From Bacteroidota bacterium (GTDB taxonomy: Bacteria; Bacteroidota; Bacteroidia; Flavobacteriales; Flavobacteriaceae), in assembly GCA_039804545.1 (NCBI GenBank), contig JBDLVY010000044.1, forward strand, positions 1 to 40,472: DNA of 40,472 nt, written 5' to 3'. How positions within the stretch are numbered: the stretch's first letter is position 1; the number at the start of each line of letters is the position of its first letter. Under the pieces are notes generated by a model. That model saw only the letters and a program-made list of their open reading frames with translations, searched no databases and had not been told where the DNA came from. A program made the position numbers and the translations under genes. Of this stretch, positions 9,520-19,990 are shown piece after piece.

Positions 9520-11064
9520 TTAAAATGGCACATCGCTGTCGTCATCTTGGTTGATATTACTTCCGAATGCTTCGTTAGGTGAAGGCAAATTCTTCGTCAT
9601 AAACGGATTGTCATCATGATTCATTTTCGAAGGCAAGTCATCAAATCCGCCACCATATTCTTCTAGGTTGTCAAACTTACCTAAGTTACCAATGAATTTC
9701 AGACGGATGTTTTCCAACGAACCATTTCTGTGTTTGGCAATGATAAATTCGGCCTGACCGGCAGTTGGTGATTGTTCGTCATCATCCCATTCATCAATTT
9801 TATAGTATTCCGGACGGTAAATAAACGATACGATATCGGCATCTTGCTCAATCGCACCCGATTCACGTAAGTCGGACAATAAAGGTCTTTTACTAGAACC
9901 ACGAGTTTCTACCGCACGTGACAACTGTGATAACGCAATTACAGGCACTTCCAACTCCTTGGCTAAAGCTTTTAAGTTTCTCGAAATGGTGGAGATCTCC
10001 TGTTCACGGTTACCGCCGCCTTTGCCATTGCTGCCACCTGCGGTCATCAATTGAAGGTAGTCAACTATAATCATCTTGATGCCGTGTTGAGACGACAGAC
10101 GTCTTGCTTTGGCTCTTAAATCGAAAATGGAAAGCGATGGTGTATCATCAATATACAATGGGGCTTTTTCTAAGTCTTTTACTTTGGTAGACAATTGCTC
10201 CCATTCGTGTTTTTCCAATTTTCCGGTTCTCAGTTTTTCAGAAGACAATCCGGTTTCCGAAGAAATCAAACGGGTGATTAACTGTACCGAGGACATCTCT
10301 AAGGAGAACAAGGCTACCGGATGCCCAAAGTCGATTGCTATATTTCTCGCCATCGACAATACGAATGCGGTTTTACCCATACCCGGACGTGCTGCAATAA
10401 TGATTAAATCGGATGGTTGCCAACCGGAAGTGACTTTGTCCAGTTTTTCAAAACCGGTCGCGATTCCGCTGAGTCCTTCTTTGTTGGCGATTTCTTCGAT
10501 TCGCTTTTTGGCCTGAATCACCAAACTCTGCGCTGTTTCCGAGCTTCGTTTGATGTTTCCTTGGGTTACTTCATATAATTTAGATTCGGCTTTGTCCAAC
10601 AAATCGAATACATCAGTTGATTCGTCATAAGACTCTTCGATGATTTCCGAAGAGATTTTGATTAAGCTTCTTTGGATGTATTTCTGCAGAATAATTCTCG
10701 AGTGGAACTCAATATGCGCCGATGAGGATATCTTTTGCGTCAGCTGAATTAAGTAAAAATCACCTCCGGCTAAATCGAGCTTTCCACTCTTTTTTAGCTG
10801 TGCAGAAACTGTTAACAAGTCAATAGGCTGAGAATCTGTGAATAACTGAAAAATAGCTTCAAAAATATGCTTGTGAGCGTCTTTATAAAAAGCATCGGGC
10901 TGAAGAATATCGATTACCTCATCTACTCCTTTTTTATCAATCATCATCGCACCCAATACCGCTTCCTCTAAGTCCATGGCTTGTGGCGGGAGTTTTCCTT
11001 TTTCTAAATTGATGATTGTAGTTTTATCTACTTTGATGGGGTTAATATTTCTGAGATTTTCCAT
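9520..11064 (-). CDS. dnaB: Replicative DNA helicase
   Basis: AARPGMGKT Walker A, VDYLQL, SQLSRAVE, LSDLRESGAIEQDAD; no intein visible. Confidence 0.98.
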   Translation of the reverse strand: MENLRNINPIKVDKTTIINLEKGKLPPQAMDLEEAVLGAMMIDKKGVDEVIDILQPDAFYKDAHKHIFEAIFQLFTDSQPIDLLTVSAQLKKSGKLDLAGGDFYLIQLTQKISSSAHIEFHSRIILQKYIQRSLIKISSEIIEESYDESTDVFDLLDKAESKLYEVTQGNIKRSSETAQSLVIQAKKRIEEIANKEGLSGIATGFEKLDKVTSGWQPSDLIIIAARPGMGKTAFVLSMARNIAIDFGHPVALFSLEMSSVQLITRLISSETGLSSEKLRTGKLEKHEWEQLSTKVKDLEKAPLYIDDTPSLSIFDLRAKARRLSSQHGIKMIIVDYLQLMTAGGSNGKGGGNREQEISTISRNLKALAKELEVPVIALSQLSRAVETRGSSKRPLLSDLRESGAIEQDADIVSFIYRPEYYKIDEWDDDEQSPTAGQAEFIIAKHRNGSLENIRLKFIGNLGKFDNLEEYGGGFDDLPSKMNHDDNPFMTKNLPSPNEAFGSNINQDDDSDVPF

Positions 11065-11151
11065 GAAACGAAAGTAGCTCTTTTTGTAAAATTTTTGGAA
11101 TTGAGTTATTCAAAACCAATGTTGATAAGTTTGTGTTTTTTGTTGATAACC

Positions 11152-11185
11152 AAAAAAAAATCCGAAACCATAGGGCTTCGGATTT
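11152..11185 (-). terminator. Terminator of accA
   Basis: AAATCCGAA/TTCGGATTT stem with an adjacent A9 run. Confidence 0.65.
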
Positions 11186-11204
11186 CAACTATATTTTGTG
11201 AGAT

Positions 11205-12158
11205 TTATTCCTTATATTCGCCCATCTTACTGTATTTATCCATCCTCTGCGCTACTAATTCTTCTGTTGATAAATCTTTCAACTCATTAAAAGCTTTCAT
11301 GATATATTGCTCAACCGTTTTGAAGGTTGTTTCTTTATCATAATGAGCGCCACCAAGTGGTTCCGGAATGACATCATCTACCAATTTCATTTTTTTCATA
11401 TCTGAAGAAGTCAGTTTCAAGGCTTCGGCTGCTTGTTCTTTGTATTCCCAACTTTTCCATAAGATAGAAGAACAAGACTCCGGGGAAATCACGGAATACC
11501 AAGTGTTTTCCAACATTAAAACGCGGTCACCTACACCTATTCCTAAAGCACCACCTGAAGCACCTTCTCCAATAATCACACAGATAATAGGCACTTTTAA
11601 ACGCACCATTTCTAATATGTTTCTGGCGATAGCTTCTCCTTGTCCGCGTTCCTCTGCTTCCAATCCTGGAAATGCTCCGGGAGTATCAATAAGAGTAACT
11701 ACCGGAATATTGAATTTTTCCGCCATTTTCATCAAACGCAAAGCTTTTCTATAACCTTCCGGACTGGCCATACCGAAATTACGCAACTGACGCATTTTAG
11801 TATTGATTCCTTTTTGTTGTCCGATTAGCATAAACGATTGTCCGTCAATTTTTCCTAAACCGCCAACCATAGCTTTGTCATCTTTAAAATTTCTGTCGCC
11901 AAACATTTCTAAGAAAGTACCTTTGGTAAGGTTTGTAATATGCTCTAAAGTATAAGGTCGGTTAGGATGGCGTGACAATTGTACACGCTGCCAAGCGGTA
12001 AGATTTTTGTAGATATTCCTTTTGGTTTCCTCTAATTTTTTTTCAATTTGTTTACAAGTATTGGTCACATCTACATTAGATTCGGCACCAATTAATTGAC
12101 ATTTATCGAGTTGATCTTCTAATTCCTTGATAGGAAGTTCAAAATCTAAATATTCCAT
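11205..12158 (-). CDS. accA: Acetyl-CoA carboxylase carboxyltransferase subunit alpha
   Basis: [37 protein letters not shown]. Confidence 0.98.
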   Translation of the reverse strand: MEYLDFELPIKELEDQLDKCQLIGAESNVDVTNTCKQIEKKLEETKRNIYKNLTAWQRVQLSRHPNRPYTLEHITNLTKGTFLEMFGDRNFKDDKAMVGGLGKIDGQSFMLIGQQKGINTKMRQLRNFGMASPEGYRKALRLMKMAEKFNIPVVTLIDTPGAFPGLEAEERGQGEAIARNILEMVRLKVPIICVIIGEGASGGALGIGVGDRVLMLENTWYSVISPESCSSILWKSWEYKEQAAEALKLTSSDMKKMKLVDDVIPEPLGGAHYDKETTFKTVEQYIMKAFNELKDLSTEELVAQRMDKYSKMGEYKE

Positions 12159-12265
12159 AGGGTTGTTTGTTTTGTATAATCGATTAGCAAATATAAAATT
12201 TTAAATTGTGATAAAAAGCAATTCTTTCGGATTAGTTTTAAACAAAAATTAACCCACAAGCAACC

Positions 12266-13150
12266 TCAATTTAACCGCTTCTTGCGGCTTTTTATGATAG
12301 CATTTAAGAGCACGGTTAGTAAAATTATCACAGCACCTATATAAAACTCAAAGCTCATTTTTTCTTTGTCTTCAAAGACTAACACGGCCAAAATAATGCC
12401 GTAAATAGGTTCCAAATTAATCGTAAGCATTACTGTATAAGGACTTAAAAACTTCATTACTGATGTTGAAGCAATGAAAGCATAGGCGGTACAAACCGAA
12501 CTTAACACTAACAAATAGCCTAAATTTTTGGCGGAAAGTTGGAAAAATGACACGGAAAAACTACCCATGAATAACAACAGCAAAGAGAAAAAAAGAACAC
12601 CGCCACTTAATTCGTAAAAAGAGATTACAGTGGCATCATAGGATTTAACCAATCGGCTGTTGATTACCGCAAATAAAGCGGAGAGAAACGCTGAAGTTAA
12701 AGCAGTTATCATTCCCCAAAAATAATTACCTTCTACATTAAAAATGATATACAAACCCGCCACAACAACCAATCCGAAAAAAACCTCGTAGGGCACCATT
12801 TTTTTTCCGTACAAAATGGGTTCCAAAATAGAAGCAAACAAAGCACCGGTAGACAAACAGGCCAAAGTGATGGAAATATTGGAAATCTTGATAGCATGGA
12901 AAAAAGTAAACCAATGCAAGGCAATGACTAATCCGGAGAAAAGAAACTGCCAAAGTATTTTGAGAGGTACTTTTAAAGATAGCTTCTTTACATAAATATA
13001 AATGGCAATAAAAGCAACGGCAAAAAGCATTCGGAACCAAACCAATGGCAAAGCGTCAAGGGTTATTAAAGCACCAAGTATTGCTGTAAATCCCCAAATG
13101 AAAACAATCAAATGAAGTTGTAAATAACTTTTTAGATTATCGCTTGGCAT
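12266..13150 (-). CDS. DMT/EamA family transporter
   Basis: About 10 hydrophobic segments; IWGFT, RM.FA and NLEPIYG motifs. Confidence 0.88.
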   Translation of the reverse strand: MPSDNLKSYLQLHLIVFIWGFTAILGALITLDALPLVWFRMLFAVAFIAIYIYVKKLSLKVPLKILWQFLFSGLVIALHWFTFFHAIKISNISITLACLSTGALFASILEPILYGKKMVPYEVFFGLVVVAGLYIIFNVEGNYFWGMITALTSAFLSALFAVINSRLVKSYDATVISFYELSGGVLFFSLLLLFMGSFSVSFFQLSAKNLGYLLVLSSVCTAYAFIASTSVMKFLSPYTVMLTINLEPIYGIILAVLVFEDKEKMSFEFYIGAVIILLTVLLNAIIKSRKKRLN

Positions 13151-14222
13151 TGCGCAACAAATAAATCGCTAAAATTCCGAATACAATATTAGGTGTCCAT
13201 ACTGCTAATAATGGTGGCGCCGTTGATTTTTCGGCGAGTACCCCAAAGACTTTATCGAGAAAGACAAAAGCAAATGCCAAAACAATTCCGATGGCCAAGT
13301 TGGCTCCCATTCCGCCACGGCGTTTCATGGCCGAAACTGCTACGGCTATAATGGTCAAAATAAAGGCCGAAACCGGTATGCTGTACTTTTTGTACAACAC
13401 CACTAAGTATGTATTAATATTAGAGGAACCACGGGCTTTTTCTTTATCAATAAACTTGTGCAAATCGTTTAGTGGCAAAGTTTCTGCAATGTAAACAACC
13501 GGAGTTAAATCTTCTAAATCGAAATTAAAAACCGTGTCCTTTTTTTCACCGCGTTCAATGATGTCGCCAAACTCGCCTACTTTTCTTTTGCTATAATTGA
13601 AGAGTGTGTAGTTTTTGGTTCTTTCATTCCATTTAATTCTACTGGCAATTAATTTATATTTGAGCTTATCGCCCTCAAATTTTTCCATAGAGAAATTGAA
13701 CGCCATTTTGCTGTTTTCATTAAAACCGCTTACGAATAAGTACTCGTCTTTACTGATTTGTCGAAATACATCGGAGTTGTCGCGCATCTCGTTTTGTCCG
13801 TTACCAATAAGGTATTTGTACCTGAAATTCTTAAATCCTGCACTGGCACTTGGAACTAAAAAGACACTCATAACCAAAGCAAAAACTGATACTATGGTTG
13901 CCCCAATGATATAAGGCCGCAAAAACCTCGTAAAGGAAATCCCCGAACTTAGGATGGCGATGATTTCTGTATTGTTGGCCAATTTTGAGGTAAACCAAAT
14001 TACCGAAAGGAAAAGAAATATGGGAAATAATAAATTGGCAAAATAAATGGTAAAATCAAGATAATAACTGGCAATTTCCTTAAACGGAACTTTGTTTTCA
14101 ATCATTCTGTTGACCTTCTCCGAAACATCAATCACGATTCCAATAGGAATAAACATGAGCAACATTACCGAGAATGTGGCTAAGTAACGTTTGAGAATGT
14201 ATTTGTCAATTATTTTTAACAT
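13137..14222 (-). CDS. LptF/LptG family LPS export permease
   Basis: IIDKYILKRYL start, NTEIIAILSSGIS..R, periplasmic domain, C-terminal 'AVWTPN' transmembrane segments. Confidence 0.9.
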   Translation of the reverse strand: MLKIIDKYILKRYLATFSVMLLMFIPIGIVIDVSEKVNRMIENKVPFKEIASYYLDFTIYFANLLFPIFLFLSVIWFTSKLANNTEIIAILSSGISFTRFLRPYIIGATIVSVFALVMSVFLVPSASAGFKNFRYKYLIGNGQNEMRDNSDVFRQISKDEYLFVSGFNENSKMAFNFSMEKFEGDKLKYKLIASRIKWNERTKNYTLFNYSKRKVGEFGDIIERGEKKDTVFNFDLEDLTPVVYIAETLPLNDLHKFIDKEKARGSSNINTYLVVLYKKYSIPVSAFILTIIAVAVSAMKRRGGMGANLAIGIVLAFAFVFLDKVFGVLAEKSTAPPLLAVWTPNIVFGILAIYLLRNAKR

Positions 14223-14231
14223 AAATAGTTG

Positions 14232-14305
14232 GTTTCGGGTTCAAGGTTTCGGGTTCAGGGTTTCGGTAATAATAATCTCGAAACTTTTAACTCGAAACTC
14301 GGAAC
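14232..14305. repeat. Inverted heptamer array
   Basis: GTTTCGG GTTCAAG GTTTCGG GTTCAGG GTTTCGG, then TCGAAAC TTTTAAC TCGAAAC TCGGAAC (approximate reverse complement). Confidence 0.75.
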
Positions 14306-14306
14306 A

Positions 14307-15437
14307 TTATAATCGTTGACTCATTTGTTTAACCATCATGTCTTTCCAGGTTCTGAAATCTCCGGCTAAGATATGTTTTCTGGCTTCACGAACCAACCAC
14401 ATATAAAAACCTAAGTTATGAATCGTCGCAATCTGTTTGCCAAGGTATTCATTGGCAGCAAATAAATGTCGAAGATAAGCTTTGGTATATTCAGTATCTA
14501 CAAAAGTGATTCCCATTTCATCTATCGGAGAAAAATCGGCTTCCCATTTTTTGTTTTTGATGTTGATAGTACCATTAGCAGTAAACAACATTCCGTTTCG
14601 GGCATTCCGTGTTGGCATTACACAATCGAACATATCAATCCCTAAAGCGATATTTTCCAAAATATTAATTGGTGTACCTACGCCCATCAAATATCTTGGT
14701 TTATCATGGGGTAAAATGGCGGTAACGACTTCGGTCATGGCATACATTTCTTCGGCAGGTTCGCCTACGGATAATCCTCCAATGGCATTGCCTTGCGCTC
14801 CGGCATTGGCAATATATTCGGCCGATTGTTGGCGCAAATCTTTGTAAGTACTGCCTTGAACTATGGGGAAAAATGTTTGTTCGTAACCATATTTAAAAGG
14901 TAATTTTTCTAAATGGTTGATGCATCGATCAAGCCAACGATGGGTCATGTGCATCGAGCGTTGTGCATAACGATAATCACAGGGATAAGGCGTACATTCG
15001 TCAAAAGCCATGATGATATCGGCACCGATGGTGCGTTGGATTTCCATTACATTTTCGGGCGTAAAAACATGGTAAGAACCATCGATATGCGATTTGAATT
15101 TAACCCCTTCTTCCTTAATTTTTCTATTGGCCGAAAGCGAATATACTTGGTATCCACCACTATCAGTCAAGATATTCCTGTCCCAATTCATGAACTTATG
15201 CAAACCTCCTGCTTTTTCAAGGATATCCGTTTGAGGACGAAGGTATAAATGGTAAGTATTTCCAAGGATGATATCGGGGTTGATTTCTTCTTTTAGTTCG
15301 CGTTGGTGTACTCCTTTGACTGAAGCAACAGTTCCAACAGGCATAAATATAGGGGTTTCAATTACACCGTGATCTGTAGTAATACTACCGGCACGTGCAC
15401 TTGAATTGGGATCTTTGGCTAATAAATCAAATTTCAT
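14307..15437 (-). CDS. tgt: tRNA-guanine transglycosylase
   Basis: TPIFMPVGT, NTYHL, TDSGGYQ, DMFDCVMPTRNARNG. Confidence 0.98.
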   Translation of the reverse strand: MKFDLLAKDPNSSARAGSITTDHGVIETPIFMPVGTVASVKGVHQRELKEEINPDIILGNTYHLYLRPQTDILEKAGGLHKFMNWDRNILTDSGGYQVYSLSANRKIKEEGVKFKSHIDGSYHVFTPENVMEIQRTIGADIIMAFDECTPYPCDYRYAQRSMHMTHRWLDRCINHLEKLPFKYGYEQTFFPIVQGSTYKDLRQQSAEYIANAGAQGNAIGGLSVGEPAEEMYAMTEVVTAILPHDKPRYLMGVGTPINILENIALGIDMFDCVMPTRNARNGMLFTANGTINIKNKKWEADFSPIDEMGITFVDTEYTKAYLRHLFAANEYLGKQIATIHNLGFYMWLVREARKHILAGDFRTWKDMMVKQMSQRL

Positions 15438-15586
15438 TTGTCCTTTTTAATTGTGGGCAAAGATAAAAGATAAAAGATTTAGTCCGGACACTTCGGGATA
15501 AGATTTAGGATTTTATTTAACAAATAGGGTTTACCTATAAATTGTTTTCATAAATTATTTATAGGCTAACTTTAACTTTTATTCGC

Positions 15587-16015
15587 TTAACTATGACTAA
15601 TCGATTTGCAATTGCTTATATGGGCATTGAGAACTTCATTCAAACCTACTTTATAATCGCGAACATGGTGTTTTTTCATTAGATAATTGACACCTAAATC
15701 ATTAAAGTGCTTGACTAATTTTTTAGGGTAAGCACCTGAAACCATTACTATCGGTATCGCTTTGAGCATATCCGATTTTTTGATAACTTCCAAAATTTCT
15801 TGGCCATTGAGTATGGGCATATGTACATCTAAAAAAATGATATCGGGTTTATCCAATTCGGATTCCAGCACTAAGATCATCATTTTCCCTTCGGAGAAAC
15901 CTCGAACCTTATGTCCCAGTTCTTCTGCTACTTCTTTAAAAAAGTCTAAATCCTCATCGTCATCATCTAAATAAAAGATTGTTTGTGGTTTATTCATAGC
16001 CATATAGATTTTCAT
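15587..16015 (-). CDS. Single-domain response regulator receiver
   Basis: YLDDD acidic pocket, FLDVHMP phospho-Asp, MVSG, conserved K; the true start may be ATG 15997. Confidence 0.88.
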   Translation of the reverse strand: MKIYMAMNKPQTIFYLDDDDEDLDFFKEVAEELGHKVRGFSEGKMMILVLESELDKPDIIFLDVHMPILNGQEILEVIKKSDMLKAIPIVMVSGAYPKKLVKHFNDLGVNYLMKKHHVRDYKVGLNEVLNAHISNCKSISHS

Positions 16016-16228
16016 ATAAAACTACCTGAAAACTAGAAGTATAACATTACATAATAATCTTATTTTTTTATAAAATTCCAACTTAAAAGTCATATTTAAG
16101 GCAAAACCGTTTGATGGTTGTACACTTAAAAAAATTATTAATAACCCTTTGATAACTAATTTGTAAAACTTTTGTGGCTTGCAAAAAATAGAATTACTTT
16201 TGAACCCAATAATTTATACCTATTTATA

Positions 16229-17074
16229 ATGTCTAACACACAACATTTACAAGATTTCACAACACAAGTTCGCAGAGACATTTTGCGTATGGTGCATGCC
16301 GTAAACTCGGGACATCCGGGTGGTTCATTGGGCTGTGCCGAATTTTTCACAGTGTTATACCAACACTTATTAAAAACAAACCCACAGTTTGAAATGAATG
16401 GTATTGGTGAGGATTTATTCTTCTTATCAAACGGTCACATTTCTCCTGTTTATTACAGTGTCTTGGCACGTTCGGGCTATTTTCCGGTATCAGAATTGGC
16501 TACCTTCAGAAAATTGAACACACGTTTGCAAGGACATCCAACCACACATGACCATTTACCGGGCGTAAGAATTGCATCTGGTTCATTAGGACAAGGATTG
16601 TCAGTAGCGATTGGAGCGGCTCAAGCTAAGAAATTGAACAACGACCCTAATCTTATCTACTCACTTCATGGTGACGGAGAATTACAAGAAGGTCAAAACT
16701 GGGAAGCCATCATGTATGCTTCTGCAAAAAAAGTAGACAATTTAATTGCGACAGTTGATTACAACGGACAACAAATTGACGGTTCTACTGATGAAGTTTT
16801 AAATATGGGTAATTTGAAAGCCAAATTTGAAGCTTTTGACTGGGATGTATTGGAAATTAAAGAAGGAAACAACATTGAAGCGATTATCGCCGGAATGGAA
16901 GACGCTAAAAGCAGAACCGGTAAAGGAAAACCAGTTTGTGTTTTATTACATACTGTGATGGGTAATGGTGTCGACTTTATGATGCACACGCACGCTTGGC
17001 ATGGAAAAGCGCCAAACAATGACCAATTGGCTGTTGGATTGGCACAGAATGCTGAGACTTTAGGAGATTATTAA
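16229..17074 (+). CDS. Transketolase, N-terminal (TPP-binding) subunit
   Basis: SGHPGGSL, SNGH, LQGHP, GSLGQG, GDGE..EG...N; ATG 16229 preferred. Confidence 0.95.
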   Translation: MSNTQHLQDFTTQVRRDILRMVHAVNSGHPGGSLGCAEFFTVLYQHLLKTNPQFEMNGIGEDLFFLSNGHISPVYYSVLARSGYFPVSELATFRKLNTRLQGHPTTHDHLPGVRIASGSLGQGLSVAIGAAQAKKLNNDPNLIYSLHGDGELQEGQNWEAIMYASAKKVDNLIATVDYNGQQIDGSTDEVLNMGNLKAKFEAFDWDVLEIKEGNNIEAIIAGMEDAKSRTGKGKPVCVLLHTVMGNGVDFMMHTHAWHGKAPNNDQLAVGLAQNAETLGDY

Positions 17075-17109
17075 TAAGTAGTAAGACGTGAGTATTAAGA
17101 ATTAAGACT
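17075..17109. repeat. Degenerate heptamer tandem (5 units)
   Basis: TAAGTAG TAAGACG TGAGTAT TAAGAAT TAAGACT fills nearly the whole spacer between the transketolase halves. Confidence 0.65.
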
Positions 17110-17112
17110 TTT

Positions 17113-18066
17113 ATGAAAAAATATACAAACACAGGAAGTAAAGATACCCGTTCAGGTTTTGGAGCAGGTATGACTGAATTAGGACAAAAAAATGAAAATG
17201 TAGTTGCACTTTGTGCGGACTTAATCGGTTCGTTAAAGTTTGACGATTTTAAAAAGAACCATCCGGAGCGTTTTTTCCAAATTGGAATTGCCGAGGCTAA
17301 TATGATAGGCATAGCAGCCGGTTTGACCATAGGCGGTAAAATTCCGTTCACAGGAACTTTTGCCAATTTCTCTACCGGAAGGGTTTATGATCAAATTCGT
17401 CAATCGGTGGCTTATTCAGATAAGAATGTTAAGATTTGTGCTTCGCATGCCGGTTTGACTTTGGGGGAAGATGGAGCAACCCACCAAATCTTAGAAGATA
17501 TCGGATTGATGAAAATGTTACCGGGTATGACAGTAATCAACACTTGTGACTATAACCAAACTAAAGCTGCTACTATTGCTTTGGCCGACCACCATGGTCC
17601 GGCTTATTTGCGTTTTGGACGTCCGGTTGTGCCCAACTTTATGCCTGCTGATGAACCATTCGTGATTGGTAAAGCGATTATGTTAAGTGAAGGAACTGAT
17701 GTGACTATTGTTGCTACAGGACATTTGGTATGGGAAGCCTTAATCGCTGCAGAAGCATTGGAAGCTAAAGGCATTTCGGCTGAAGTTATCAATATACATA
17801 CAATTAAGCCTTTGGATGATGAAGCCATTTTAAAATCGGTTGCCAAAACCGGTTGTATTGTTACTGCTGAAGAGCATAACTTCTTAGGTGGTTTAGGGGA
17901 AAGTGTTGCCAGAGTTTTAGCATTGAATCATCCAACACCACAAGAGTTTGTTGCCGTGAATGACAGCTTTGGTGAAAGTGGAACTCCAGAGCAATTGATG
18001 GAGAAATACCAATTAAACAATCAAGCAATAATTGCCGCTGTAGAGAAAGTGATTAAAAGAAAATAA
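17113..18066 (+). CDS. Transketolase, C-terminal subunit
   Basis: ADL..S, GIAEANM, GEDGATHQ, YLR, TIKPLD, EEH..GGLGE. Confidence 0.95.
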   Translation: MKKYTNTGSKDTRSGFGAGMTELGQKNENVVALCADLIGSLKFDDFKKNHPERFFQIGIAEANMIGIAAGLTIGGKIPFTGTFANFSTGRVYDQIRQSVAYSDKNVKICASHAGLTLGEDGATHQILEDIGLMKMLPGMTVINTCDYNQTKAATIALADHHGPAYLRFGRPVVPNFMPADEPFVIGKAIMLSEGTDVTIVATGHLVWEALIAAEALEAKGISAEVINIHTIKPLDDEAILKSVAKTGCIVTAEEHNFLGGLGESVARVLALNHPTPQEFVAVNDSFGESGTPEQLMEKYQLNNQAIIAAVEKVIKRK

Positions 18067-18081
18067 CATCACTAATGACAT

Positions 18082-18115
18082 AAAAAAAGTCCCGATATAC
18101 AATCGGGACTTTTTT
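18082..18115. terminator. Bidirectional terminator
   Basis: AAAAAAGTCCCGAT/ATCGGGACTTTTTT between convergent genes. Confidence 0.85.
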
Positions 18116-18132
18116 ATTTATATGAGTTTATC

Positions 18133-19113
18133 TTATGGGTGGCAAGTGGCACTTACGTGTACTTTTTTATTACTATCTGCGGCACATAGCGGTATTTGAT
18201 CAAAAGGGTAAGCCAAACCGGTTAAAGGGTTTTTAATTTCCGTTTTAGTCATGAATAAATCGCCATCATCATCAACGTCTAAGAAATCAGGAACTTCATC
18301 ACCATCTGTATCATCAATATTGGTTACACCTTCTTCCAAAACTTTTAGATAACCGTCTCCATTTAAATCTTCTTGGTAGGAATAAATACCGTCTCCATCA
18401 TTATCAACACGGTCAACTTCATATAATTTGAAAGTAAAAATAAGGTTAGAGTATTTTGGTATAGAACCTGATGAACTACCGTAATAGGCTAATCCGGAAG
18501 GAATAAACATTATACCGGCACCAAAATCAGAAAAAGTCAAAGTCCCATCCGGATTGTCTGAGTAGCTCCCGGTTGAAAATTTAGGAAATACTTCTCCCCA
18601 AGCTTTGATGGTAGAAGACAAAGTGAAAAAAGATTGTGGATTTAAATTTTTTTCAAACTCTTTTAACTCAATAGTTTCGATTGTTTGTTCACCCACTGTT
18701 TCAGATGTTGTATACAAATACTGTCCAACATAAGAAGTTAATACCCTGTCAACGTTACAAGGTGATTTGCTGTTAGGACCACTTCCTTGTCTTAATTTTA
18801 AATAGTACAATTTATAAGTGACATCATCGTATTCAACAGTATAATTTGTTACTAAATCAGGACTATTCCAAATAGATGTTTGTGTACCACCGGTTGGAAT
18901 TCTGGTAAAAGTAACATCCTGATCATTCGCGGCTCCCGGATTTTGGTTAACCGTTATATAATGGGTTTGCAAAAACTCTTCAATCATAGTGATGTCTTTT
19001 TGGTATTGCTCTGCATAATCGCGTAACGGTTCAGAATTGTCATCACTTTTTGAACAAGAAACTATTAGTAAGGATAATGTGAAGCAAACTATAGTTTTAA
19101 AAAAATTATTCAT
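18133..19113 (-). CDS. FKBP-type peptidyl-prolyl isomerase-like lipoprotein with DxDGD Ca-binding-type repeats
   Basis: Lipobox IVSC; 'IKAW.E', 'FIPSGLAYY', 'IPKYSNLIF'; DNDGDG, DLNGDG, DTDGD, DDDGD. Confidence 0.85.
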   Translation of the reverse strand: MNNFFKTIVCFTLSLLIVSCSKSDDNSEPLRDYAEQYQKDITMIEEFLQTHYITVNQNPGAANDQDVTFTRIPTGGTQTSIWNSPDLVTNYTVEYDDVTYKLYYLKLRQGSGPNSKSPCNVDRVLTSYVGQYLYTTSETVGEQTIETIELKEFEKNLNPQSFFTLSSTIKAWGEVFPKFSTGSYSDNPDGTLTFSDFGAGIMFIPSGLAYYGSSSGSIPKYSNLIFTFKLYEVDRVDNDGDGIYSYQEDLNGDGYLKVLEEGVTNIDDTDGDEVPDFLDVDDDGDLFMTKTEIKNPLTGLAYPFDQIPLCAADSNKKVHVSATCHP

Positions 19114-19192
19114 TTTTGTCTGTTTTTAGAGCCCGCAAGATACAATATTGATTTATTTTTGTAAACTATTTAACGTTGATTTTGGAAAAAAA

Positions 19193-19570
19193 ATGAGAGT
19201 TGATAAATATTTATGGTGTGTTCGATATTACAAAACCAGAAACATGGTAACGGAAGCTTGTCGGAAAAATCAAATCACAGTAAACGGACAAGTCGCTAAG
19301 GCTTCGAGAGAAGTTTTTCCAATGGATAAAATTACTTTCAGAAAAGACCAAATTACTTATACCATTTCTGTGTTAGATATTCCTGCTAACCGTGTTGGGG
19401 CTAAACTGGTAGACATTTATCGCAAAGATGAAACTCCTCCAGAGGTTTTTGCTCATTTGGAATTATTAAAATTATCTAAAGATCATTACAGAAAAACCGG
19501 AACTGGTAGGCCTACTAAAAAAGACCGAAGAGATCTAGATGATTTTGAGTTTGATGTTGAGGAAGAATAA
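19193..19570 (+). CDS. RNA-binding S4 domain protein (Hsp15/HslR-like)
   Basis: MRVDKYLWCVRYYKTR and GRPTKKDRR; ATG at 19193. Confidence 0.92.
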   Translation: MRVDKYLWCVRYYKTRNMVTEACRKNQITVNGQVAKASREVFPMDKITFRKDQITYTISVLDIPANRVGAKLVDIYRKDETPPEVFAHLELLKLSKDHYRKTGTGRPTKKDRRDLDDFEFDVEEE

Positions 19571-19613
19571 TCTAATCCTTTATAATTATAAATAAAGCTT
19601 TTATTTTTTACAT

Positions 19614-19645
19614 AAAAAAAACCATCAATTACTTGATGGGTTTTT
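19614..19645. terminator. Bidirectional terminator-like hairpin
   Basis: A run, CCATCAA/TTGATGG stem, T run. Confidence 0.7.
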
Positions 19646-19990
19646 CATTATGAATTATTTGTTATTATCGTTTAACAACACGTACAGGTTAGTTTTTAAA
19701 CATTTATTAAGAAGTTAGCTAAAGTTTTAAAAAAAATAGAAAGTCATAAAAAAACTCTAAAATTAATAAGCAGAAGTGGTATAAATATCATTTACAAATT
19801 AATAATTAAGGCATATATTTCTCACGTAATTAGGTTATTGATCACTATTCATCATCAGATTTAAATCAATTAGTATAAAAGACTTAATTATTGAAAATGA
19901 CTATTAAAATCTAAAATAAATTTCCTGCTTAATTTTAAAATAAAGTTCCTAAAAAACAAAGTGTTTTCTATCTTTGAAAAAAATAATAGT

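Noticed and set aside
16229-18066. Split transketolase as a possible pseudogene
   Set aside because: Two-subunit transketolases are normal in Bacteroidota and both halves are intact
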